A program made the translations under genes and the position numbers. From the NCBI RefSeq assembly GCF_006345805.1, contig NC_043015.1, positions 34,224,001-34,288,000 of the forward strand: DNA of 64,000 bases, written 5' to 3'. Position 1 is the stretch's first letter. Each line of letters begins with the position of its first letter. Under the pieces are notes generated by a model, which saw nothing but the letters and a program-made list of their open reading frames with translations, ran no database searches and had not been told where the DNA came from. The DNA is from Octopus sinensis. Taxonomy: Eukaryota. Shown one piece after another: positions 38,523 to 51,649 of this stretch.

Positions 38523-39675
38523 TGTGTATTTATGTTTACATGTATGTATGCTTGTATACATTCGTATGTATGCATGCGAACATGTATCAACGTACACATA
38601 TACGTATGTATGCATGCGAACATGTATCAACGTACACATATACGTATGTATGCACCGATGAGAGCAGGTATGAATAGCTTTGCATGTGTGGATCTTATTA
38701 CATTGTGAAGTTCATGGATTTTTAAAATATATTTGAATAATACATTTGACAGCTTCTAGCTGTAATTTTCTGATTAGCTGTGTTTTTTCTGGTTTTGTGA
38801 ATTTTAGCTTTTCAAGATTGTTATGCAGGTAACTAGTCACGTAGTCAATTGCTCTGGTAATTGCAGGTAGAAATCGAAAATTATGATCAGGATAAAGAAA
38901 CTGCGGAATTTTCCTCAGTTCGGTAGGGATGTTCTGTTTTTAATTAACCTCTAACATTATACTGACATCTGGGTAACTGATTTCAATTACTGTGAAAGAT
39001 AACATCTCTGTTGTTAGTGCAGAATAGACTACCTGCTAGAAATGTAGTCATACACGACCATTTGGTCGAATGCGTACAGCCTCTATTCTGATGACATTCT
39101 GCAACAGAGTTGTGCGACTTCTCTGGGTGCATATATTCGGTCAACAATCAGGGAATACTTTCCGATCTCGTTATGCTATCGGCTCCACTTATGCAGACTT
39201 GATCGATCCATGACAGGATTTCGACAGTGGTGGTCAGTCGATGTTGTTGAAGAGACATAAAACGCCATTCAAAGACTGGATGGATGTCAAGCTTCTGCTG
39301 TTTTGTTTTCCTTTTAAGGGATCTTTCTGTTCAGAAACCGAAGGAAACAGAACAGAGATCGCAAAACAACCAACGAACTTACAATTCTACTCCCATGGAC
39401 TGAAACTCCATTACATCAACTTCTAGAAAGAATTTAAACTCAGAACGTAAAGAACCGGAAGGAATATTGGTATGCTAGTCACTCTCAGTTCATGCGCTTT
39501 CTTCAAGCTAATTAAGCTTATTAAATTATTCTACCAATAAAATCGGAAGAGTTTACTTTCTGTTAATGCGTAGACAATACAAGGAGACATTGTATGTAAA
39601 TTCTTGTTTTTATCTTTCTATAGAGAGAGGGGGGAGAGAGGGGGGAGTGAGAGGAGAGAGAGAAATGCGTTCATA

Positions 39676-40957
39676 CAGGGGTTGGACAAAATAATGGGAA
39701 CAACTTAAAATTTCAGACAAATTTATATTTAAATGGAGTAGGACTGCCTTTGGCAGTAATTACAGCTTGAATTCTACGAGGTATGGACTCGTACAAAGTT
39801 TGAATTGTTTCCAAAGGAATTTTTGTCCATTCTTCAGCTAAAACAGTCTCCAGTTCTTGTAGTGATGATGGTGGAGGATATCGACTCCTTACTTGTTTTT
39901 CTAAAATGCACCATAAATGTTCAATAATATTGAGATCTGGGGACTGCAGCAGCCAGATAAGATGTTCATCTTCACTTGAATGTTCTTTGTGCTATTCAGT
40001 AACTTTAGCTGTGTGAATTGGTGCATCATCATCCTGAAAGATTGCGCATCCCTCCGGAAATAGTTCCGCAACCGTAGGATCAATTTGATCAGATAAAATG
40101 CTCAAATAGTCTTGACTATTAATTCTGCCATGAAGAGAAAACCATTGGGCTGCCGGATTTCCAAGATATAACGCCCCCCCTCCCCTCCCCCAGATCATCA
40201 CAGATTCTCCTCCATGCTTAACAGTCGGAAGAAGGCAGTCTAGGTGAAATGCTTCTTTTGTCTGTCTCTACACGTATACTCGCCCGGTGATCAGAAATAA
40301 GGTAATGGATTACTCGTCCCAGAAAATAACATTCTTCCACTGCTCTAGGGACCAATTCTGTAGGTTTTTACTCTCCTCTAAATGCTTTGCAACGTTTGTT
40401 TTTGAAAGTAGTGATTTTCTGATTGCGGCCCTCCCGTGAAATCCAGCTTTGTGCAGCTCCCGGCCAACAGTTTTTGTGGAAACTGGGTTCACAAGGTGGT
40501 CATTAAGCTCTGCACTAACTTTGGGAGCTGTACTTTTATGATCCTTTCTAACAATTCGCGTAAGAGTCCGATGGTCCCTATCTGAAAGTTTTGGTTTTCT
40601 TCCGGGGTTTTGTTTCAACGAGGAGGTTTTTCCCTCTTTCTCAAAGGCTATCATTACTTTCGAGACAGTACTTCTTGATACACCAAACATTTCGCTTGTT
40701 TTCGTTACGCTAGCGACTGCCATACGAGCACCAACAATTTGACCTCTTTGAAAGTCCGATAGATCTGTCATTTTAATAAATTTTAATTACCTTTTTCTGA
40801 TGATATCTCAAAAGAAACAACAATTTTAGCAAAACATATTAAACAATACTAATAATAAAAAAAACATAAAAATAAACAAGCTTTTGACGGTTTTATAGAT
40901 ATTTCAAAATTATGATGCTATGATGCTAGGTGTTTCCATTGTTTTTTCCAACCCCTG
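39676..40957 (-). mobile_element. Near-full-length Tc1-family DNA transposon (dead)
   Basis: 30-bp TIRs CAGGGGTTGGA.AAAA.AATGG.AACA.CT, TA on both flanks; transposase MTDLSDFQRGQIVGAR...WDE, FQDDDAP...SPDLNIIE with stops and frameshifts. Confidence 0.95.
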
Positions 40958-41159
40958 TATATGTGTGTGTGTGTTTGTAAGTAAAAACTATTTATTGCCA
41001 AAGACTTTTACTTATTGCTTCAGAGTAAAAAGACTTTTTGCTGGTTTATTTATGGTTTTTAAACTTCCAACTTGGTTCAACTTAATGAACGTGAAACAGT
41101 CGATGTTCAGGTTCGACTTCTGAGTTTTTGTCACTTGTTATTATGAATGTTTCAAATGG

Positions 41160-41380
41160 AAGGTGACGAACGGACAGAATCGTTAACAGGCTGGGCAGGT
41201 GAAATGCTTAGCGGCATTTCGTCTATCTTTATGTTCTGAATTCAAATACCGCCGATGTTGACTTTGCCTTTCATCCATTTGGGGGTCAGTAAAATAAGGA
41301 CCAGTTGAACACTGGGGGTCGATGTAATCGAGTTAACTCCATCCCTAAAATTGTTAGCATTGTGCTATAAACTGAGACCA
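41160..41380 (+). mobile_element. Family B SINE
   Basis: GAAATGCTTAGCGGCATTTCGTC...TTGACTTTGCCTTTCATCC...GGGGTCGATGTAATCGA. Confidence 0.8.
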
Positions 41381-42052
41381 TTACGAATGGTTCAAATATA
41401 TCAGTTACGATACATCACTTGTGACGTGTGTTAGATTATTCTTTATTCATCAGTTAGGTCACACATTTTACGACACATCATATGTTGGGATTTATCTGTT
41501 ACGAAGGTTAAGAACATGTCGTTAATAGGAGACGGTTTATCACACTCACTTGTTGCTTGGTATAACCACATGATTTTCTGAAACAACAGTTCAATAATGC
41601 CAGCAATTATAAGACATCAGTTCTAATACACGCATCATTTGTTTTCTGCAGACCATTATCATCTGCTGATAAATATTTTAGCTTTACAAAACTTTTTAAA
41701 AAAGTGAACATACGCACGTGATACTATTATATTTTCTCCAACATATTATTCAAACGACTTTGTAAAACGAAATTATATGCGTGTACATGTTAACACACGC
41801 ACTTGTGTACATTTTGTCTTGATTGATATTGTAAAGATCTATTATATTCCTGTTTGAATTCTACTCTACTTCAAATCTTTATTCTCAGTTCACGTGCTTT
41901 AGGCAATACAAGGAGACATTGTATGTAATTCTTGTTTTTACCTTTCAACAAACCCATTGATTTATACATGCTGTAAGCCTCGGCGGGCTTACCACATTGT
42001 ATACCTACAAATACACACACTTTATTAGTATATATATATATATATATATATA

Positions 42053-42410
42053 GGCGTAGAAGTGGCTGTGTGGTAAGTAGCTTGCTCACGAACCACATGG
42101 TTCCGGGTTCAGTTCCACTGCGTGGCACCTTGGGCAAGTGTCTTCTATCATAGCCTCAGGATTTGGTAGACGGAAACTGAAAGAAGCACGTCGTATATGT
42201 ATGTGTGTGTGTGTATGTTTGTATGTCTGTGTTTGTCCCCCCAACAACCGATGCTGGTATGTTTACGTCCTCGTAACTTAGCGGTTCGGCAAAAAGAGAC
42301 CGATAGAATAAGTACTAGGCTTACAAAGAGTAAGACCTGGGGTCGATTTGCTCGACTAAAGGCGGTGCTCCAGCATGGCCACAGTCAAATGACTGAAACA
42401 AGTAAGCGAG
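42053..42410 (+). mobile_element. Full-length tRNA-derived SINE (Octopus OR-like)
   Basis: Head GGCTGTGTGGTAAG...GGTTCAGTTCC, internal (TG) tract, tail GGTGCTCCAGCATGGCCACAGTCAAATGACTGAAACAAGTAA; tail fragments also near 6260, 8230 and 60990. Confidence 0.85.
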
Positions 42411-42581
42411 TATATATACACTCACTTAGGCGCTCACGTATACAGTTACATAAACATATACACATGTAAATGCTGTATTCTTCATTCCAAGTAGATAAGT
42501 TTGTAACCACCATGAATCTGGTGCTGCTATCAAATATGTCCTTTCTGCATCTTTTAATTAGGGTGTTATTTCAGGGAGTCC

Positions 42582-42920
42582 GGACACCTGGGACCTCTCT
42601 TAGACCGGACACCTGGGACCTCTCTTTGTCTGGACACCTGGGACCTCTCTTTGTCTGGACACCTGGGACCTCTCTTAGTCTGGACACCTGGGACCTCTCT
42701 TTGTCTGGACACCTGGGACCTCTCTTTGTCTGGACACCTGGGACCTCTCTTAGTCTGGACACCTGGGACCTCTCTTTGTCTGGACACCTGGGACCTCTCT
42801 TAGTCTGGACACCTGGGACCTCTCTTAGTCTGGACACTTGGGACCTCTCTTTGTCTGGACACCTGGGACCTCTCTTAGTCTGGACACCTGGGACCTCTCT
42901 TTGTCTGGACACCTGGGACC
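42582..42920. repeat. 25-bp GC-rich minisatellite, 13.6 units
   Basis: GGACACCTGGGACCTCTCTT(T/A)GTCT. Confidence 0.97.
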
Positions 42921-43949
42921 TGGTCGCAATGTTTACAATAGAATCACATGGTGGTGTTAAATTGAGCGACAGTTTGTACCACCCTAAAACAGACACAATC
43001 CATTCGATGGGGATGCCACACAATTTCAATCTACTCTATGTCTCACAAGGCTTAAGTCACCTTCAGGTTAAGGTAGAGAGAATCACACAGTGGGATCGAA
43101 CTCGGAACTACACGACTGAGAAGCGAACTTCCTAATTACATCGCCATGCCTGCAGGAAGTTGAATGAGTGAAAGATAATGAATAAGAGAGGGAAAAATAG
43201 GGAAACTAGAGGAAAAAAATTATCACAAAGAAGGATCGGGGAAACCATAAGAAAAAAAGAAAATTAGAGAATTCAAGAATAGAGAAATGAATAAACAAGC
43301 AAGATTGAGAGAACGAAAGAATACGAAAGCGGAGGAATGAAAGATGGGCGGGATGAGAGAGGAGAAGAATAAGAAAGCGAAGGAAAGAGAGCGGAAGAGA
43401 ATAAGAAAGCGAAGGAATGAGAGATTAGCGGAATGATGAAGTAGAGGTGTATTATTATTGAGACGGTCGTAGATGGCGCTGCTCTCGATATTCTCAGTGC
43501 AACATCTGACAGGGTGGAGCGGCAGCTGTATCACTGCTACCATGGCTACCCTGCAACCTTGGCAACGATCGGAAACATCAAAGACTTTGCCTTGAGAGTA
43601 TTCTCTTAATGCTGTCTTGATTGGAGAGACACCAGTTTACTGTTGTTGTTGTTAGTGTCATTGCTGCTGCTGTTTTTGTTGTTGTTGCTAGGTGGCGGTA
43701 GTGGTAATGAGGCTGATGTTGTTAGTGTTGTTGTTGCTGGTGTTGGTGACACTATTGGTGTCGGTGGTGGTGGTGGCGGTGATACTGAATGAAAGTGGTG
43801 CTGATGGCAGCGACGGTTTTGCTGCTGCTGCTGCCGTGGTTGTTGTTGTTGTTGTTATTCCTGCTGCTGTATTGTTATTTTGTAGAGAAGATGCATAAGT
43901 CTTTCTCTCGTTCTCTGCCACAGAAGCTCCTTGGTGGATCTTGTTGATG

Positions 43950-44640
43950 TTATTGTTGTTGGGGTCTGTAGGGAAGAGCTGTACCCATGGCTTGGTTTGT
44001 AGGTCAGAGCTTTGCCCATAACTTCCGGCTAGCCTCCACCACAAGTGAGGTCGACACCGTTAATGTTCCTCTTCAGCGGTTACTATTTACAGCTGAAGCG
44101 AGAAACTTGAGCAGGGACGGTATTCCTTCCCTGCACACCTTTTTTTTTGTCTGCAGCTCTGGGGTTCAGAAAGGACTGGTAATAGAAGTTGAAGTGAAGT
44201 TTGGGGGCACAAACTGGACATGAGTGAACCTTGAATACCTGAGTGGGTGTGAGATGAGACCAGCTCCCAAGAAGAGAAGTCGCTGTAGTGGCACTAGAAA
44301 AGTCAGAGGAGAGATTGGGTGTCTCTAAGCGAGGGGACGGAGTTTGTTGGTGAGTGACTTGATGCCATTCAGCCTCGTGATCTCTCTTTCGGTGTGGTTT
44401 TTCTCTTGCATGAAGCATTGTCCCGGATGTGGAAGCAGTATTCGACTGTGGATTTTACCTGAGTTTTGTAGGAACGTAATTGTTGTTTAGGGGAATAAGT
44501 ATTTTCTGATCCTGAAAAAAACAGTCTTTGTGATGCAGTTCGTGTTAAGGAGGTGATTTCGCCAAGAGAGATCCTGGGTGATAATGAGGGGCCTTGCATT
44601 TGGAGCAAGTTTCAGAGTCCTGATTACTTGTTTAGTTACG
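43950..44640 (-). mobile_element. CR1-like LINE 3' fragment
   Basis: TASQRLFF....YSPKQQLRSYKTQVKSTVEYCFHI resembles post-RT TASQKLGFL...LYKAQIRPTMEYCSHIW; (AAC)-rich region 3' of it. Confidence 0.65.
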
Positions 44641-44964
44641 GTTTGGAAGAGGCAGAATAATGGGTTTTTAAGATATGTTGAGTGTTTGCGTGTTTAAGCT
44701 ACAAAGGAGACCGACTTGAAACCATTACAGGATATTTTCGAGATGCCTTTTCATAGTGTCATTGTAGGAATATGGCTAGGTTTTAGTAGATGATACTTAG
44801 GTATGTAAAGCTAGTGAGGAATGAGAGTGATATCATCTGTGCAGGGATGGGTGCCGTTGGCGGTGGTGGAGAGTAGATCGCTGCTAAGGGACTTGAAATT
44901 GTACGAACATCACAACTTCACAGTTTTTCTTTACGTAAAATATATTTGCTCTCTCATTCCTTAT

Positions 44965-45014
<50 letters not shown>

Positions 45015-45074
45015 TTTATGTAGGTAGAGGAGACACTAGTAACACTCTCATCTACACACGCGCATTGTTTCAAG

Positions 45075-46070
45075 CTATTTCTCATGGACGTATCGTCAGT
45101 GGTGCTTCTGGGTCGTAGAGGAGTGTCGGGTATTTTTCAATATCAGAACCCCTCGCCCGGCTGACCCAGCCGGTGTTGAATCAACACCCATCCTGCATTC
45201 CAGTAGCAGCAAGCCGCAAGTCAACCCTTTGTATCTAAAGTCATTTAATTGGTTTCTCTGCAGCTGTAGTAATGGAATGTATTGCCCTCCTTTTCTTGCA
45301 CCATTAGCTCAAATCGAATTCGAGCTTTTCAGAACTAACTCCCCACAAAACGTTGTCAGCCCACTCCCCAGTTTGCTTGCAACATACACTCGCCGGTGAT
45401 AACTTTTTCATTTTCAGCCCCTGAGATTTGGCCAGTCTTCTCTCATGTGCCTTCTCTATGTGTTCTTCGCAGGGCACAATCAGTTGCCACACCATCACCC
45501 ATTTGATCCAATGCGAGAAGATAGCTATGTCTGAGCAGGGTGTCGTTGGTATGATGAGCTCTGGCAGCTTTAACTGTTTGAAAAGACCCACTAGAAAAGT
45601 GATGGCTTCCGTCCTGAGGAGGGGATTATTGAACTGAATGGATTGAGCACCTTGTCATATCATCAGCGGAAGCAACCATCGATTAAAGTGGGGTAACTGC
45701 AGGGCCGGCTGAAGGCACCGGTAACTCAGGCAGTCGCCCGCGGCGCCATGTGCTCGAGGGCGCCAAGGAGGGCGTGACAAAGACAAGGAAATTTCCACGA
45801 CCGTCAGCTTTTTCACGCCGAAGTTCAGCTTGCCCGGGGCACCAGCAAACCTGGGGTCAGCCCTGGGTAGCTGGTGAGAAGAGGCTGAATGGATCCTCTT
45901 TCAGTACACAAAGGGTAGGAGGGTGCTTCACTCCTGTCCATTGTGTCAAACACCACCCCAGGAAGGAAGCCATCGCATTTCTCGGAGCTGGAGATAGTTG
46001 TCTTTCAGAGAAGATTGGGGAGACACGAATAAGAACAGCCATGAAGAGCAGGGATTCCAGGGATGCTTAA
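45075..46070 (-). mobile_element. HERO-like RLE non-LTR retrotransposon 3' fragment, interrupted by a MITE
   Basis: EDPFSLFSPAT, R**YDKVL, DIAIFS..K.V...QLIVPCEEHIEKAHERRLAK (cf. ELTVPWEE..EEAHERK..KY). Confidence 0.7.
45700..45865. mobile_element. hAT-type MITE
   Basis: Ends CAGGGCCGGC / GTCAGCCCTG; 8-bp TSD GGTAACTG (45692-45699) / GGTAGCTG (45866-45873). Confidence 0.85.
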
Positions 46071-46701
46071 GTAGCATTGAAATTTCGTACAGGTAGAGGC
46101 CTCTATGTGTGTGTGTGTGTGTGGTGTGTGTGTGTGTGTGTGTGAATTGTAGGGGTATACAGGGAAAAAAGACTGAGGGGGGAAAGGGGAAGTTAAGAGG
46201 AAGGATAGTGGCGGTGGCGGCGGCGGTGGCGGTGGCGGCAGCAGAGTTTACTTTTATTTTCTACCGCGGGTTACCACTCATTGGAGGCAGACCTATGATG
46301 TAAGTCATTCCATCCGTGACCATACCATCTTTTGCCTATAAGGATCTACACAGTCCGACGCCTACTTTGTTAACGACACTAGAGAACGATCTGATGGAAA
46401 TTTAGCTGCTATCTCTAGCACATTGCTCCACCGTTTATGGAGTCCCCGATGTAGGTGACTAGTGAGTAGCACATCCTTTCTCCCTCCCTCCCTCACAAAC
46501 ACTGATATTGCAGCATCTCTGTGTGCGTGTGCGTGTGTGGCAGTATGTGATGTGTGATGTGTGTGTTTGTATGTCCGTGTGTTCGGTTCATATCCAATCT
46601 GCTCGTTGTCGAAAGTGCAATGGAAACGAAAGCTTCATATCCGAAGTGTGAGCTCAACACACGACACTATGGCAGCTGACGGCAGTTACTAGTAAGGTCT
46701 G

Positions 46702-46704
<3 letters not shown>

Positions 46705-46761
<57 letters not shown>

Positions 46762-46890
46762 ACTACCTACCTATCTATCTATCTATCTATCTACCTACCT
46801 ATCTACCTATCTAACTATCTATTTATTTATCTATCTGTCTGCCAATCTGTTATCTCATCCATCCATCTCTCTCTCTCTCTCTCTCTCTCC

Positions 46891-46932
<42 letters not shown>

Positions 46933-47041
46933 CTCTCTCTCTCTCTCCCTCCCTCTCTCTCTCTATCTATCTATCAATCTATCTATCTATCTATCTGTCT
47001 GCCTGCCTGCCTATCTATTATCTCATCCATCCATATATATC

Positions 47042-47074
<33 letters not shown>

Positions 47075-47077
47075 ATA

Positions 47078-47161
<84 letters not shown>
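46705..47161. repeat. (TATC)n/(TC)n/(TA)n compound microsatellite
   Basis: Direct reading. Confidence 0.95.
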
Positions 47162-47162
<1 letters not shown>

Positions 47163-47325
47163 GCAACACTTCACATCCACACAAACTCACGGCTACTTCT
47201 TTAACCTCTTCTCCTTTTTTCTTTCTGATGGATGTTACTGTTGTTGTCAACATCGTAGTGGTTGTCATTCCATTTGTAAATAACAATGTATATACACAAG
47301 CGCACATGAACACACACACACACAC

Positions 47326-47371
<46 letters not shown>

Positions 47372-47697
47372 ATACACACAGTCTCGCGCGCAGGATAATA
47401 CGGATACAAGCGTTCAACAGGTGGGAGCAAAAAAATTTCACTCCAGCCACACTCAGCCCTAAACGTACACACACACACACACACACATACACACACAGAC
47501 AGATAAGCACATACAAGGGAACACACTGGTAAACACACACACACACATTTATATTCACATGTGTGTATTATTATAAACATATACATCCATCCCTGTATAT
47601 GTAAACGAATGTATACACACATTCACGCTCATTCATGCATAGACGTGTTCACTTACAGGTAGACTCGCAGACAGAAACGTGTAAATATATACTATTG

Positions 47698-47776
<79 letters not shown>

Positions 47777-47989
47777 GTCATCCAACATAGTTTTCTTTAA
47801 GTCTATACAAAGAAGTTGCGAGAAACACGCACACTCATATCCATGCAACTGTATATAATTCAAGCAAACTGTATACACATATATACGCACATGTTCGTAT
47901 ACATACATATATACACATATGGACACATACATACACATACATACATATGTACGTATAATATAGTGTGTGTGTGTATACAAACACACACA

Positions 47990-48060
47990 CACGTACATAC
48001 GCGGACACGTGTTTGTACATGCAGTATGAATATATATATATTATATATATATATATATAA

Positions 48061-48119
<59 letters not shown>

Positions 48120-48127
48120 TATATATA

Positions 48128-48168
<41 letters not shown>

Positions 48169-48213
48169 TATATTATATATAATATATATATATATATATA
48201 ATATATATATACC

Positions 48214-48273
<60 letters not shown>

Positions 48274-48416
48274 TATATATATATGTAATATATACATGTA
48301 TATATATATACATATATACATATATATAATATATATATAAATAATACATGTATATATATATATATGTATATAATATGTATATATATATATATATATTATA
48401 TATTATTATATATACA

Positions 48417-48447
<31 letters not shown>

Positions 48448-48502
48448 CACAGATAAAGGGAAGTTTACGACATACATACATGCATACATACATACATGCA
48501 CA

Positions 48503-48534
<32 letters not shown>

Positions 48535-48611
48535 CATGCATACATACATACATACATGCATACATACATACATAATATATATATATATTATATATATATA
48601 TATATATATCT

Positions 48612-48648
<37 letters not shown>

Positions 48649-48756
48649 TTGAAGGATGGAGGTGATGTACAGGTATTATTTATTAGAAAAAATAATTTCT
48701 GAATACCTTATTTTTTCTAATATATATATATATACAATATATATATATATATATAA

Positions 48757-48797
<41 letters not shown>

Positions 48798-49016
48798 GGT
48801 CCCGGGTTGATTCGGGGTTAACCACAGTAAATAAGGTACTCAATACATAGCAGAGTAAAATTAATTATTATATAGAAGGAGCTTCTACAGGACTCTGTGT
48901 GTGTGTGTGTATATACATACATATATGTGTATGAATGGGTACACATATGTATGTATATATATATATACATACATACATACATACATACATACATGCATAC
49001 ATACATACATACATGC

Positions 49017-49050
<34 letters not shown>

Positions 49051-49204
49051 GTAGGTCCCGGGTTGATTCGGGGTTAACCACAGTAAATAAGGTACTCAAT
49101 ACATAGCAGAGTAAAATTAATTTATTATATAGAAGGAGCTTCTACAGGACTGTGTGTGTGTGTGTGTATACATACATATATGTGTATGAATGGGTACACA
49201 TATG

Positions 49205-49252
<48 letters not shown>

Positions 49253-49529
49253 GTGTGTGTGTGTATGCATACATATATGTGTATATGTATATATGAGTAT
49301 ATAGGGACTTGTGTGTTGTGTGTGCATGTGTGTATGTGGATATGTGTGTGTATGTGAGTATGTGTATGTGTGTGTATGTATATATTTTTTTGTGTGTATG
49401 TGTATGTGTGGTCGTGTGTGTGTATATATACATGTGTGTGTGTATATGTATATGCATGTATATGTGTATGTATGTATATGTATATGTATATATTATATAT
49501 ATATATATATGTAGATATATGTATGTATA

Positions 49530-49560
<31 letters not shown>

Positions 49561-49610
49561 TTATATGGGTGTGTGTGTATGTATGTGTGTATGTATATGT
49601 GTGTGTGTTG
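47990..49610. repeat. (TA)/(TACA)/(TG)-rich low-complexity block containing a 256-bp tandem duplication
   Basis: GTAGGTCCCGGG...CTACAGGACT at 48795-48894 and 49051-49151. Confidence 0.9.
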
Positions 49611-49903
49611 AGAATTTCCTTATTTACCTAAAACTCTATTCTTCTATATATTTTTATATTTTTTTATTCTTTTTTTATTTTTTTATTCTTTTATTTATTC
49701 TTCTATCTAATTTACCACTGACTCCTTGACCACTCCCCCAAGTATGATTTTTTTGCGCTATGCCTACCCCCAAAAAGTCCCCCACCACCACCCCTATAAA
49801 CCTGCCTAAATGTATAAATGCCAATACAATTCTTGTTAACTAGCTTCCTGAAGATTTCTCTTGAATGAAACAGTTCTAGTCCTGTAGAAGCTCCTTCTAT
49901 ATA

Positions 49904-49957
<54 letters not shown>

Positions 49958-49996
49958 CTATGGATATATCTATATGTCTATTTATCTATCTATATT

Positions 49997-50046
<50 letters not shown>

Positions 50047-50457
50047 TAGATAGATAGATACATTTGTATGTATGCATGTATGTATGTATGTATGTATATA
50101 TATGACCATACACTTGTATGACCACTACCCACAATTAAAGTGTGTGCGAGTGTATCGTATTTAGTGTATTTATTTAAATAATAAGCCTTTATTGATAAGT
50201 GGGACGATATTTTCCGTAAATTTAAATTTATAAATTATTATTAGTTGCGTGTGACCAAGTATACACATTGATGTATTTATGAACCCTTTTATTATAACCA
50301 CAGCGTGTTAAACGCCGTCTGAAAATGAAAGTAGATATTATACAGAGATAAATAATTGTTTTTCAAAGTTCAGTGACTTTAAAGTTTCCTAAATCTGGCT
50401 TTGTCAAACTCTATCGGAAAGAGCTAAAAAGAAATTCCATTTATAAATACATACGTG

Positions 50458-50491
<34 letters not shown>

Positions 50492-51649
50492 ACTTAACCA
50501 CACTCTTACGTGTACACACATATAAAGTTTTAAGCTCAGGTCCCGAAAGGTTTAGTTTTCCACTCTTCGGGATTCGATAAAATAAGAACCAGAGACGTAC
50601 ACCGAGTCGATTGATTCTTCTCCCGCAAAACATACGTAACTGCGTGCCTATCTTTAAAATTTTAATTACTGTTTTTTTTTTTTTTGTCCTCACCAGTAGT
50701 CCTTTAAAGAAGGTTAACTAGAGATTTCACCTGACAACTCTCTGCAACTCGTCCAAGAGGATGGTGGATCTTCCAGTTAACTCTTTCTAAGGAGCTAGTG
50801 TTTGGGGAACGGAGATGACTTACCCGGAAAAATTTCGGGTTTCAGCGAGAATCAATCAGCTGGTGTACTATAGAAAATTTTCATTGTGAGTGCTATGGAT
50901 AACTTCCAGAAATCCCTGGCCTGGCTGAGCCACCGTGGGTCTTCGCTGCTTCATCGTCTATTCTTCAGGTACAGAAGTATTGTCAGCTACTCCTGTCTCA
51001 CACGTGTAGTGTAACAAAATCATTATACATCCGCTTGTTCAGCGCCCAAACATTGCTGGCTTGTGCAGTTATGTCGAGTTATTACTTATGAGATAAATCC
51101 GGTCATCAAGCTTGACCGATAATATTGTCACGTTAGTACCTTCCTCTGACCGAAAAGGGATAGCAGCTTTCCTCTGTGTTGTGGCTATGGCGGAAGAGAT
51201 TATATGGTGGTCAATACTTAAAGGACCGAACTCGGACACTATCTTAGCAACTTAGCAAGGCTCACATCAACTTTTTCAAGGTCCACAGGAAAGTGTTGGT
51301 AGAAAGGGAAGTGCGGCTCTCCAGAAAATTTGCTGAAACGTAGGAGAGTGGCAAATACGACTTGTGTCAGTGAGTCTACATTCAGCACGCATTTGTATAT
51401 AGAGGGCACTTACTAGTTAGTAGTTAGGGTAACCATCGATATGCGGGAGCTCCTCGATAGGCCCTAGATTGTGTCCCTCCTCTTGGGACATTATTATATT
51501 TTGTATAATGTCTGTGCTTTAAATCTCTTACTGTAACCTGTATCTATAATGTCCTTTCATCCGCAACGCCAGCGGCAATAAAAAAAAAACGCTTTATTAT
51601 TATTATTATTTGTAGTAGTAGTAGTAGTAGTAGTAGTAGCAGCAGCAGC

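Noticed and set aside
42470-43135. 221-aa ORF
   Set aside because: Mostly translation of the 25-bp minisatellite and a SINE fragment
49848-49880. CTGAAGA-TTTC..GAAT-GAAAC hammerhead
   Set aside because: Weak stem II, and stem I pairs only out of register by 4-5 nt
51317-51348. CTCTCC...GAAACGTA-GGAGAG hammerhead-like stem I/III
   Set aside because: Core and stem II absent (AGAAAATTTGCT); too degenerate to call
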